Assembly: GCA_016779995.1 (NCBI GenBank)
Contig: JADHMO010000001.1
Coordinates: forward strand, 213,308 to 277,307
From: Flavobacteriales bacterium
GTDB taxonomy: Bacteria > Bacteroidota > Bacteroidia > Flavobacteriales > UBA7312
Direction of reading: 5' to 3'
DNA length: 64,000 nucleotides
Part shown: positions 41,366-49,944 of the stretch, piece by piece
Layout of the letters: every line of letters begins with the position of its first letter
Numbering within the stretch: position 1 is the stretch's first letter
Notes under the pieces: generated by a model
The model's input: only the letters and a program-made list of their open reading frames with translations
Databases searched by the model: none
What the model was told of the DNA's origin: nothing
Translations under genes and position numbers: made by a program

Positions 41366-42135
41366 TTTTTCACTGCTTTATAACCCATTGTAGATAAACT
41401 TCCCTTATTATCATACAAGGTCATATTCATTTCATCATCAATCACATAATATTCGCCGTCTTTACTTCCAATTACAAAATATTTATTACCTATTTTTTCT
41501 AATCTTTCAATTTTATTATTAAAGTCAGGAATAATGCCCTTATATTCTCCATTTGACACATGAATCTCATAGGTATATGAGAAATTAGCTGAAGTATTTA
41601 TAATCGTCCACTTACCAAATAAATTAGATTCAGTTTGAGGTGTTGGCTTTTGTTCATCTACTACCACCTGATTATCTGATGAAAATGCTTGACTAAAAAT
41701 TTGACTAAAATTTCTTGTTATTTCATTTTCTTGTCCTTTTGAATCAACATAAGCTAATGCTAATTGTTCTAAGTCACCTACAACAATTCTTTTTTTAATT
41801 AATAAATCAGAAGCAGGGTTGTTTTTAAGCACATACAACTTTATTAACCAATCGTTATATGGTCCTCCATTACCTAATCCATACGTTTTAAAATCGTCTT
41901 CATCTTTAAATTCGACTAACTGATAATAAAGTGATTTAAATTCTTCAAATACTATTTCAAATTTTTCTTCATCATTCAATTTCGGCTTGTTGTTCTTTTT
42001 CTTTTTAACTATTGTATTCTCTAGTTTTTGCTCAGTTATCGCTTCCTCAGTCTTATTTTTTGAATTGTCACTTTCATCTTTAGTTAAGTATACTATTACA
42101 GCACTTACAATAATTATAAAATATATTTTTTTCAT
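41362..42135 (-). CDS. Hypothetical membrane-anchored protein, translationally coupled to the KAP NTPase
   Basis: N-terminal hydrophobic anchor. Its stop overlaps the KAP start by 4 nt (ATGA). Confidence 0.7.
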   Translation of the reverse strand: MKKIYFIIIVSAVIVYLTKDESDNSKNKTEEAITEQKLENTIVKKKKNNKPKLNDEEKFEIVFEEFKSLYYQLVEFKDEDDFKTYGLGNGGPYNDWLIKLYVLKNNPASDLLIKKRIVVGDLEQLALAYVDSKGQENEITRNFSQIFSQAFSSDNQVVVDEQKPTPQTESNLFGKWTIINTSANFSYTYEIHVSNGEYKGIIPDFNNKIERLEKIGNKYFVIGSKDGEYYVIDDEMNMTLYDNKGSLSTMGYKAVKK

Positions 42136-42202
42136 GCTTTCATTTTTTCATATTCCTAAATGAGGGATATCAAAAATGAAGTGTTAAGGTTTGGAGTTGT
42201 AT

Positions 42203-42634
42203 TTATGTTTCTTCACGAACTACATATTCTTTAATAGTTTGGGTGCGTTTGGCTATGCGTTCTTTCAGTTCTTCCAAATTATCTGAATACTCAAAATCCA
42301 TCAAGTGGGGGTTGTTGGGGTTGAGGTTGTTATTCAGATTAAAATAGATGATTTTTAAGTGTTTGGTATAGCCTGGCATAATGGTACAACCCAAATATTT
42401 TATTTCTGGGCTTTTCTTTAAATGGTTTTCCAAATGGCGTTTGCAAGGCTTATAATGAGGAAACTTTATCACTCTATATTCTATGCAGTAAGTTTCATAA
42501 CTAAAATCGTGGGCATAAATACCTGGGCAATCGACCCAAAACCACCACCATTTTTTTATTTGTGCCCAAAATTCTTCTCTACTTTTTCCGTAGGCATCCG
42601 TATATATTCTTTTTTTAATTCTAAATTTATCCAT
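42203..42634 (-). CDS. Hypothetical protein (Trp-rich, possibly phage-like)
   Basis: 143-aa ATG ORF with FWAQIKKWWWFW motif, in line with the neighbouring minus-strand genes. Confidence 0.6.
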   Translation of the reverse strand: MDKFRIKKRIYTDAYGKSREEFWAQIKKWWWFWVDCPGIYAHDFSYETYCIEYRVIKFPHYKPCKRHLENHLKKSPEIKYLGCTIMPGYTKHLKIIYFNLNNNLNPNNPHLMDFEYSDNLEELKERIAKRTQTIKEYVVREET

Positions 42635-42640
42635 AGTACT

Positions 42641-43351
42641 TTACTCTATCCCAAATCTGACAAAGACCGAGGATTGTAGTTTTATCTTTTGAAACTGTAT
42701 AGTTCCTTTAAATTTGCCTTGGCTAGTGCTTTGCACCCCTTCAGAAAAAACACTTATAGCATCTGTAAATTGTGCCCTTAGGTTTCTCTCGTAGGGTCTT
42801 ATGTCCGAATTGCTTTCTTTTACTTGCATGGCTTTACCCCTACGTTCGCCAATAGCTTCTAAGAGGTAATCGGCTCTATCTTTAGCGTCTTTAATGGCTT
42901 GTATGCGTATGTCTTTTTCAAAGGCTTTTATCTTGGAATGGCTAACTTTTACTATACGTGCGTCTTTTATGTTGAGTTTATCCAATTGCTCAAATACCTT
43001 GCTTAGCATAAAAGCATCGCCCACCTTCAAACGGTAATCGGTTCGGCTAATAACATTTTTCTTGCGCCATTTTATACGAATATAATCGGCATTGGCATCG
43101 GAAAGTTCCAAATTATTGAGATTTATTCCCAAGGCTCGCAAAGCGTCTTTCAAATTGCTTTCTTGCTGTTCTACTGTCAATACCTCTCTGCCTTCTGTCC
43201 GTTCGTGAATACTTATGGCTATATATATTTCATCGGGTACCACTTCCATTTCGGCAGTGCCACTAACATCTATGTGTGGGGGGCTGTGTTCTTGAGCAGA
43301 TACAGCAATGCTCAAAAGGAAAAATAGGCTTAGAATCAATTGTTTTTTCAT
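42641..43351 (-). CDS. SIMPL domain (DUF541) protein
   Basis: Signal peptide, IDVSGTAEMEVVPDEIY, AIKDAKDRA, IKLQSSVFVRF. Confidence 0.88.
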   Translation of the reverse strand: MKKQLILSLFFLLSIAVSAQEHSPPHIDVSGTAEMEVVPDEIYIAISIHERTEGREVLTVEQQESNLKDALRALGINLNNLELSDANADYIRIKWRKKNVISRTDYRLKVGDAFMLSKVFEQLDKLNIKDARIVKVSHSKIKAFEKDIRIQAIKDAKDRADYLLEAIGERRGKAMQVKESNSDIRPYERNLRAQFTDAISVFSEGVQSTSQGKFKGTIQFQKIKLQSSVFVRFGIE

Positions 43352-43376
43352 GGTTTTTTAAGTCTTTAAAATAAGG

Positions 43377-43400
43377 AACCCATGCGGTTAAACATGGGTT
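43377..43400. terminator. Hairpin between the HAD and SIMPL genes (possible terminator or processing site)
   Basis: AACCCATG-cggttaaa-CATGGGTT. No clean T-tail on the minus strand. Confidence 0.35.
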
Positions 43401-43467
43401 GCTTCATAAAAAAACTTGAAAAATTAAGCTTGTTATTAGCGGTTAAGCTATTCCAAATATAAGTTAT

Positions 43468-44115
43468 TTATTGTAACGGAAATTCTTTTTTTATCAACAA
43501 TTGCAAATCGTGGCAAGTATCCACGACATAATGGGGCTGATGTTCTGAAAAATTACCGTGTCCGTAGCTGACACCAACACAAAGCATGTGGTGGTTTTTG
43601 GCTCCAATAATATCAAATTTAGTATCGCCAATCATCAAACAGTCTTTGGGTTCTAGGGCGTACTTTTCAAGGATATAAGCTATAATTTCTGTTTTGTCGC
43701 TACGGCTATTGTCCAAATTACTACCTACTATCTCCACAAAGTATTTGTCTAAAGCGTGTTCTGCTAATATTTCTTTCGCAAAGACTGTCGGCTTAGAAGT
43801 CGCTACATATAGGGTATAGCCTTCTTGTTTGAGGGCATGTAAGACATCGGCAATGCCTGTAAACAAAGCGTTTTGGTGTATGCCCGTTTCAGCATAAAAA
43901 CGTCTGAAATGACTGACTGCCTCCAAAGCTTGTTCATAGCTTAGCTTTAACTTCTCTTGAAAAGAATCCATTATGGGAGGTCCTATGAATTGGTGCAGCT
44001 CCTCCTCGCTAGGCATCACTACACCCATCAAATCGGCAGCATGACGTATGGAATTGACAATGCCTTCTTTGGGCTCTATGATAGTGCCGTCAAGGTCAAA
44101 TAAAAGGTGTTTCAT
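43468..44115 (-). CDS. HAD-superfamily hydrolase (phosphoglycolate phosphatase/nucleotidase-like)
   Basis: LFDLDGTI, FIGPPI, VATSKP, MIGDTKFDI. Start moved to MKHLLF (44115). Confidence 0.92.
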   Translation of the reverse strand: MKHLLFDLDGTIIEPKEGIVNSIRHAADLMGVVMPSEEELHQFIGPPIMDSFQEKLKLSYEQALEAVSHFRRFYAETGIHQNALFTGIADVLHALKQEGYTLYVATSKPTVFAKEILAEHALDKYFVEIVGSNLDNSRSDKTEIIAYILEKYALEPKDCLMIGDTKFDIIGAKNHHMLCVGVSYGHGNFSEHQPHYVVDTCHDLQLLIKKEFPLQ

Positions 44116-44202
44116 CGCTAATAAAAAAATATTTAAAAAAGCTATCAAGAGCTTGAGCTACTGAAAGCATAGAAAAGGTAAAGTAAAAGAAAAAAATAAA
44201 CA

Positions 44203-45159
44203 TTATTGGTAGGAAAAAACTGGACGTAGTGCTGGACGTTCACTAATTTCATGAAAACAAATGGCGTCTTTGGCGTAATAGTGAAATACCATACTTTTTC
44301 TACTAGATTGGGGATTTTGTATAGGTTCACCCCCGTGTAGCAAATTGGCATGCCATATCAGTACATCGCCCTTTTTGGGTAAGAAAATTTCTTTATGTAG
44401 TTGTTTTTCGGCAATAATCTGTTCTATTTTATCTTCGTAGTCGCAATAGTCCTTTTTTCCATTTCTAAAAGCCGTTCCTATATTGTCAAAATCGGCATTA
44501 AGAACCAAAGGCAATTTATGAGACGAGGGATAATAAAATATGGGACCGCTATCAGGAATTATATCTTCTAAAGCCACCCATACAGCAATGATGTTATTTT
44601 GTGGGTAAGTAGTCATATGCACAAAATCAGAGTGGGCTTTCTGCTGACTACCTTTCAAAAAATTAATACTCTGAAAAACAGACATTTTTTTTCCTACTAG
44701 CATCTCTAAAATACTCATCAACTGGGGATTGGTAGCGGATTCAAATAAGGGTTTGGACTGACGTATAGCAAACATGATTTTTTGAGCATAGCCCCAATTA
44801 ACCTGATTGGTATCGAGCAAATGCTGTATCTCTGCATTATAACGTTCTACTTCATCTTCGCTGAAGAAATTTTCTAAAATGGCATAGCCATTTTTCGACC
44901 AAGGCAAGAGTGCCGATTGTAAATTCTCGTCCAAAGCTTTGAAAGCTGCCATCTTGGGCAATTCTTGTGCGCTATCTAGTCTATCCAAAAGTGGTTTGGG
45001 GTTATCCAAATGCTTGAAGTCTTCTGAAGTTATGGAGGAATAATACTTTTTTTTAAGGCCGTATTTCTTGTACAAAGGAACGTTATGAAGTAATTCTTTT
45101 CTTTTGAAAAGATTGTAAAGTTGAATACTCCACTTGAACGAACGAATCCAATTTATCAT
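44203..45159 (-). CDS. Phytanoyl-CoA dioxygenase (PhyH) family 2OG-Fe(II) oxygenase
   Basis: QKAHSD (HxD), VWVALED, SGPIFYYPSSH, KGDVLIWHANLLHGG, SRKS. Confidence 0.88.
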   Translation of the reverse strand: MINWIRSFKWSIQLYNLFKRKELLHNVPLYKKYGLKKKYYSSITSEDFKHLDNPKPLLDRLDSAQELPKMAAFKALDENLQSALLPWSKNGYAILENFFSEDEVERYNAEIQHLLDTNQVNWGYAQKIMFAIRQSKPLFESATNPQLMSILEMLVGKKMSVFQSINFLKGSQQKAHSDFVHMTTYPQNNIIAVWVALEDIIPDSGPIFYYPSSHKLPLVLNADFDNIGTAFRNGKKDYCDYEDKIEQIIAEKQLHKEIFLPKKGDVLIWHANLLHGGEPIQNPQSSRKSMVFHYYAKDAICFHEISERPALRPVFSYQ

Positions 45160-45161
45160 AA

Positions 45162-47228
45162 TTAATTGGCTGTAATTTCAAACTCTGTTCTTCTGTTATT
45201 GGCTCTACCTGCTTTGGTATTGTTAGTATCTACTGGACGACTTGCCCCATAACCCATAGCCGTTACTCTACTCCCATCTACAGAACGAGAAACTAAATAG
45301 GCTCTAACGGCTTCTGCACGTCTTTGGGATAGCTTTTGATTGGCAACATCGCCACCCACATTGTCGGTATGTCCAGAAAGCTCAATCTTAAGACTTGGTA
45401 CATCGGTCATCAGTTGTATCAAACGGTCTAACTCAGGATAAGAATCTATCTTAACCTCAGCTCTTCCTGTGTCAAAGAATACATTTCTCAAAGCAATTTT
45501 ACTACCAATATCGATGTTCTTCAATTCAATGTCTTTGTTAATCATGTTGTAGGCTGAGCCTTCAGGTAAATTGAAGTTTTCTGAATGAAACAAATAGCCT
45601 TCAGCCTCCACCGAAATACCATAATTCAATCCCGATGGTAAAGACAATAAGAATTTGCCCGTAGCACTGTTAGAACGCATTACGGCATACACATCTCCCG
45701 TAGCATTATCAAATATTTTTATTTCTGCTTCTATAGGGTCTTGCAACAGACCGTCTAAAATACGCCCTTTGAAAACAGTTAAGCTATTGGCTACGGTAAC
45801 TTCCACACTTTCTGGTATATAAGTATCTTCTATAGGCGAAGCAATACTGGCAATGAGGTTGTCCTCACTAGCTACCGTCGGTTTTTTAGGTTCGCCCCAA
45901 AAGGTAGCACAATAGATATCCATACCACCATTACCTCCATCTCTATTGGAAGCGAAATAGGCATTTTTTCCGTTAGCAGAAATACTAAAATACAATTCAT
46001 CATAAGGGGTATTTATAGGATAACCCATATTGATAGGTTCGCCCCAAAGCCCCAATTCGTTACGGTAAGAAACAAAAACGTCATAGCCTCCTATGGAGGT
46101 ATGCCCCTGTGAACAGAAATACATAGTTTTGCCATCGGGTGCCATATATACCGAACCTTCTTGAAAACCTGAATTGACCTCTTGCCCTGCACTCTGTGCT
46201 TTTCCCCAAAAGGTTTCTTCCATATCTTTTTTACCACTAAAACTGATGTTCTTATCGCCACCATAGCCACCATCGGTAATGAAATAAACTTTGATATCTT
46301 GAGGGTCGTAAGAAGCAAAAGTTTCATTGGCTTCGGTATTGACCACCTTTGACATCTTAAGCTCGGGCTCACTCCATTCCGTTCCCTTGAGTTTAGATTC
46401 ATAAATATCACTTTGACCATCGGTGTATTTGAATAACAACAAACGCTGACCGTCATAGGCTAAAGAAGAAGATACATCGTCGCCCTCGCTATTTAGACTG
46501 TTTAGGGCTTTTATAGATTGCCACTTTCTCTTTTTGCGCTCGGCTGAGTATATATCAAAATTACCACTCTTGTTGGTGTTGAAGATAATCTCCGAACCAT
46601 CAGCAGAAATACTCGGTGCTATGTCATCGTAAAAGGAATTTAACTCCTTAACGTTATCTACCCATACTCTAGTTTTCATAGCGAAAATCTCAGCACCACT
46701 CTTGCTTTCTGATATGTGCTTTCTGTTCAACTTTTTGTAGGGTTCTAATTCTTTATCATTAGCTAAAGTACCATAGCGTAAAAACGACTTTTCGGCTTGT
46801 TCAAAATCCTGTTCTAGCTGATAGGCTTTACCCAATAAAAAATATAAAAAAGGTACTGCCTCATCTCCTGCCAACTCTAAAGATTTTTTAAGGAATGGCA
46901 TAGCCTTATAAGGGGTATTGGTATACAAATAGGCGTGACCTACTTTTCTATTTAAATCTGCATTATTTGGGTTAAACTCTTGGGCTGGCAAATAAAATTC
47001 TAAGGCTTTGGAGTACTCATTAGCGGCGTACACCATAGCTAATACTTTAGCCTTTCCTTTCTCCAACCATTCGTCACCCAACTCTAAATTGGCTTTGGCT
47101 TCTTCAAAACCTGCTTTATCGTCTTTAAAATTACCTTTCTTGAAAGCTACATCTTGAGCGAATAAGCTACAGGTCATTATGAAAAATACTAGTGTAAAAA
47201 ACTGTTTCATATCTCTTTTTATTCGCAA
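45162..47228 (-). CDS. TPR + PD40 + OmpA family envelope protein (PorE-like architecture)
   Basis: N-terminal TPRs, PD40 repeats (PSISADG, MAPDGKTMYF, SIGGYDVF), OmpA C-terminus GHTDNVG...LSQRRA...NRRTEF. Confidence 0.9.
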   Translation of the reverse strand: MRIKRDMKQFFTLVFFIMTCSLFAQDVAFKKGNFKDDKAGFEEAKANLELGDEWLEKGKAKVLAMVYAANEYSKALEFYLPAQEFNPNNADLNRKVGHAYLYTNTPYKAMPFLKKSLELAGDEAVPFLYFLLGKAYQLEQDFEQAEKSFLRYGTLANDKELEPYKKLNRKHISESKSGAEIFAMKTRVWVDNVKELNSFYDDIAPSISADGSEIIFNTNKSGNFDIYSAERKKRKWQSIKALNSLNSEGDDVSSSLAYDGQRLLLFKYTDGQSDIYESKLKGTEWSEPELKMSKVVNTEANETFASYDPQDIKVYFITDGGYGGDKNISFSGKKDMEETFWGKAQSAGQEVNSGFQEGSVYMAPDGKTMYFCSQGHTSIGGYDVFVSYRNELGLWGEPINMGYPINTPYDELYFSISANGKNAYFASNRDGGNGGMDIYCATFWGEPKKPTVASEDNLIASIASPIEDTYIPESVEVTVANSLTVFKGRILDGLLQDPIEAEIKIFDNATGDVYAVMRSNSATGKFLLSLPSGLNYGISVEAEGYLFHSENFNLPEGSAYNMINKDIELKNIDIGSKIALRNVFFDTGRAEVKIDSYPELDRLIQLMTDVPSLKIELSGHTDNVGGDVANQKLSQRRAEAVRAYLVSRSVDGSRVTAMGYGASRPVDTNNTKAGRANNRRTEFEITAN

Positions 47229-48316
47229 TTGTTAATGTAATATTCATTGGCTTTTTCCATACCCAGTTGATAGGCTTTTTGCCAGTCTTGACATGCACCG
47301 TCAACATCTCTTAGCATTTCTCGAGTAATGCCTCTATTGAGTAAAGCTGTGGCATTGTTGGGTTGTAGCTTAACCGCTTGTTCCAAATCTGCTAAAGCTC
47401 CAGTATAATGCTCTTGCAAATGATAGATGGCGGCTCTATTGCATAGTGCCATAGCATAATCGGAATTTATCTCTATCGCTTTCTTGAAGTCTTTGAGTGC
47501 CATATCGTAGTTTTCGGATTCAAAATAGACCGTCCCTCTGTTGTTGTATGCCATTTCATAATTGGCATCGGATTGTATGGCTTTGGTATAAAAGTCAATG
47601 GCTTGGTCTTTATCTCCTGCTTTTCGATAAGCACTTGCTAAATTGTTAAAAATAAAGGCTTGGGCATCATTCTTACTAGCTTCCAAATAATCGGCTATGG
47701 CTTTGTCATAGTCTTCTAATGCTCGATAACAACTTCCCCTATCGTTTAGTGCATAAGCATAAGATGGGTCTATCTTTATGGCCTTAGAATAGGCTTTGAT
47801 AGCATTATCATAATCCTTTTGCAAATAGTACAATACGCCTTGGTTGTATGCCGCCTCAGCACGACTAGGCTCTATGGACAATAAACGATCATAAGTGCTT
47901 AGGGCTAGTTCCTTATTATTCAATAATTCGTAACACTTGGCAATATTAAAAATAGCATCAAAATAGCTGTCGTCTATGCTAAAAGTACTTTCAAAATCAG
48001 AAATAGCTAGTTCATAATTCTTTAACTCCTTGTGGGATAAACCTTTATTGAAGTAAGCGTCCGCATTAGCAGAATCCAAAACAATAACAGATTCAAAAGA
48101 CGTAATAGCTTTCTCAAAGTTAGATGACGCAAAAGCCTCTATACCAGCATTATAAGATTCTTGTATCTCTTGAATTAAAGCGTTATTGGTGTTGATAGCC
48201 GCTATAGAATCTCTAAATTGGATTTCTTCGGTCGTAAGCGTACTATCAGCTTCTTGTTGTCCGTACACCCAAAAAAAGCCCATAGTAAAGACTACGGACA
48301 TAAAATAATTCTTCAT
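47219..48316 (-). CDS. Tetratricopeptide repeat protein
   Basis: Multiple TPRs (AYFNKG, AYNQG, ALNDRG, AYNNRG, ALLNRG) after a signal-like N-terminus. Confidence 0.92.
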   Translation of the reverse strand: MKNYFMSVVFTMGFFWVYGQQEADSTLTTEEIQFRDSIAAINTNNALIQEIQESYNAGIEAFASSNFEKAITSFESVIVLDSANADAYFNKGLSHKELKNYELAISDFESTFSIDDSYFDAIFNIAKCYELLNNKELALSTYDRLLSIEPSRAEAAYNQGVLYYLQKDYDNAIKAYSKAIKIDPSYAYALNDRGSCYRALEDYDKAIADYLEASKNDAQAFIFNNLASAYRKAGDKDQAIDFYTKAIQSDANYEMAYNNRGTVYFESENYDMALKDFKKAIEINSDYAMALCNRAAIYHLQEHYTGALADLEQAVKLQPNNATALLNRGITREMLRDVDGACQDWQKAYQLGMEKANEYYINNCE

Positions 48317-48389
48317 TTTATTTTTTTTCTAAAATTAAAAATAGTGTTTGACTTTAAAGAAATTTAATACTAAAGTTTTCTACAATTTA

Positions 48390-48602
48390 TCAACGCTTCC
48401 AAGTGGCTGAATAAACCAATACTTCCGTATCTTCTTTAGGGAAAATTTTAAGGGATTTGTATTCAGTTCCTTGCTTTTCATTATGCTCTCGATGGGCATT
48501 GTCACAATAGGGTAAGTTTTTACTCAACCCACAACTGCAAAAACTGTATCGCTTGCCTTCTAATAATTTTACCTTAATGGCTTCTGCTGTTTTATCAATC
48601 AT
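48390..48602 (-). CDS. CDGSH iron-sulfur domain protein
   Basis: FCSCGLSKNLPYCDNAH, the C-x-C-x2-S-x3-P-x-C-D-x2-H motif. Confidence 0.88.
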   Translation of the reverse strand: MIDKTAEAIKVKLLEGKRYSFCSCGLSKNLPYCDNAHREHNEKQGTEYKSLKIFPKEDTEVLVYSATWKR

Positions 48603-49872
48603 TTTTAAAAAGTTTAAAGGTTCGTACTTCTTCTTGTGCTACTAAATTAGCAATATAATATCCGTTTGGCAAATGACTAAAATTGATACGCTCTAGTCCT
48701 ACTATATCTTTACTGAACACCAATTGTCCTTGTAAATTGTGTAAGCTAAAGTGCATAACATTCTTGCCACCTTCAATAGTAAGGTAATCGTTCAATGGCG
48801 TAGGATACACTTTGATTGTTTCTTCCGAATTTGAAAAAACAGTAGTATTCGTGGTATCGTTAGAATTGGTGGTATCGTTGGAAGAAATATTTATTTCAAA
48901 GGATTCTTTCTTGACTAAACAGCCACCATTGGAAAAAACACTCAAGTCCACTGTGTACTGACCAGCAGAAAAGGTATGCGAGGCATTAAGTGTATTGGCT
49001 GTATTCCCATTGCCAAAATTCCACTCCACATTGTCGTAATTGGAAGCAGTAGCACTAAATGAATAAGTACTGTCATTGGTAGAAGATGTGTCGGCAGATT
49101 GAATAGCGAACATGTTCCACACCCAAGTGCTATCGAGTACGGTATTGGAAGCTATACTTTGTAATGTAGCTGCATCCTCTGTTGAAAGTCCATTGGGCAC
49201 ATAACTAGAGCCCTCGCAACTTTTTTGAAAAAGAGTGCAATAAAAAGTACAGGCCGCAAGGTATGAACCCGCTAAATTAGGGTGTCCTTCATCAGGATTA
49301 TATAATTCAAAGTCAGGGTTATCAGCAATGGATTTTTTCCAAGCCATTCCAACTGGTGCTACTGTAGCCTCATTGTCCATACCCATTTCTAAATAGGATT
49401 CTCTTAGTCGTTGTTGCATACCTAGGTAGGTAGAAATAATAGGGTATTGCTGACCATTAATAGGATCTCCATATTTACGCCCCCATGTCATAAAAAAGAC
49501 AGGCTCTGTACAACTGTCATTGACAGCAATGGAGTCAACCAATGCTTGGGCATAAGGGTAAACTTCTTCTTCAACTTGCCATTCTGGTACACTTGGCTCA
49601 TTACTTTGTGCTTGAAGAATTACAAAGTCCCAGGCTTGCTGTCTGATTTTTTGCATACTCGAAGAATTGGCTTCAGCATGATTCATAAAACGCCAACCTC
49701 CGGGGGTGTTACTCTCTACATTAAGGGTATCGCCCATAGAGGTTGCAATGGAAGATGCCATAGTAGGCATATTGTTGTAAAAGGTATATGAATTACCTAA
49801 AAACAAGGCATCATAGGATTGGGAAAATAAAGCAAAGGGAGTCAATAGGAATAATAATAGTACTTTTTTCAT
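48595..49872 (-). CDS. SGNH-hydrolase-like (DUF4886) + PKD + T9SS sorting tail
   Basis: FLGNSYT, LQAQS, DEGHPN, WNFGNG PKD, VYPTP...GYY...FKLFK. Confidence 0.82.
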   Translation of the reverse strand: MKKVLLLFLLTPFALFSQSYDALFLGNSYTFYNNMPTMASSIATSMGDTLNVESNTPGGWRFMNHAEANSSSMQKIRQQAWDFVILQAQSNEPSVPEWQVEEEVYPYAQALVDSIAVNDSCTEPVFFMTWGRKYGDPINGQQYPIISTYLGMQQRLRESYLEMGMDNEATVAPVGMAWKKSIADNPDFELYNPDEGHPNLAGSYLAACTFYCTLFQKSCEGSSYVPNGLSTEDAATLQSIASNTVLDSTWVWNMFAIQSADTSSTNDSTYSFSATASNYDNVEWNFGNGNTANTLNASHTFSAGQYTVDLSVFSNGGCLVKKESFEINISSNDTTNSNDTTNTTVFSNSEETIKVYPTPLNDYLTIEGGKNVMHFSLHNLQGQLVFSKDIVGLERINFSHLPNGYYIANLVAQEEVRTFKLFKND

Positions 49873-49944
49873 GTCATTGTTTTAATTTGTTCTTCGTAAA
49901 AATACAATAATAAAATGATTTCCAAAAAAAACTATTTTTGTGAG

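Noticed and set aside
44145-44351. 68-aa ORF bridging the PhyH and HAD genes (possible frameshift or pseudogene)
   Set aside because: PhyH has a complete C-terminus and stop at 44203, and HAD has a canonical start at 44115. The ORF is an alternative-frame overlap.
48851-48879. 18-bp-period repeat GTGGTATCGTT encoding SNDTTN twice
   Set aside because: It is a two-copy low-complexity linker before the T9SS tail, which is common and not a repeat array.
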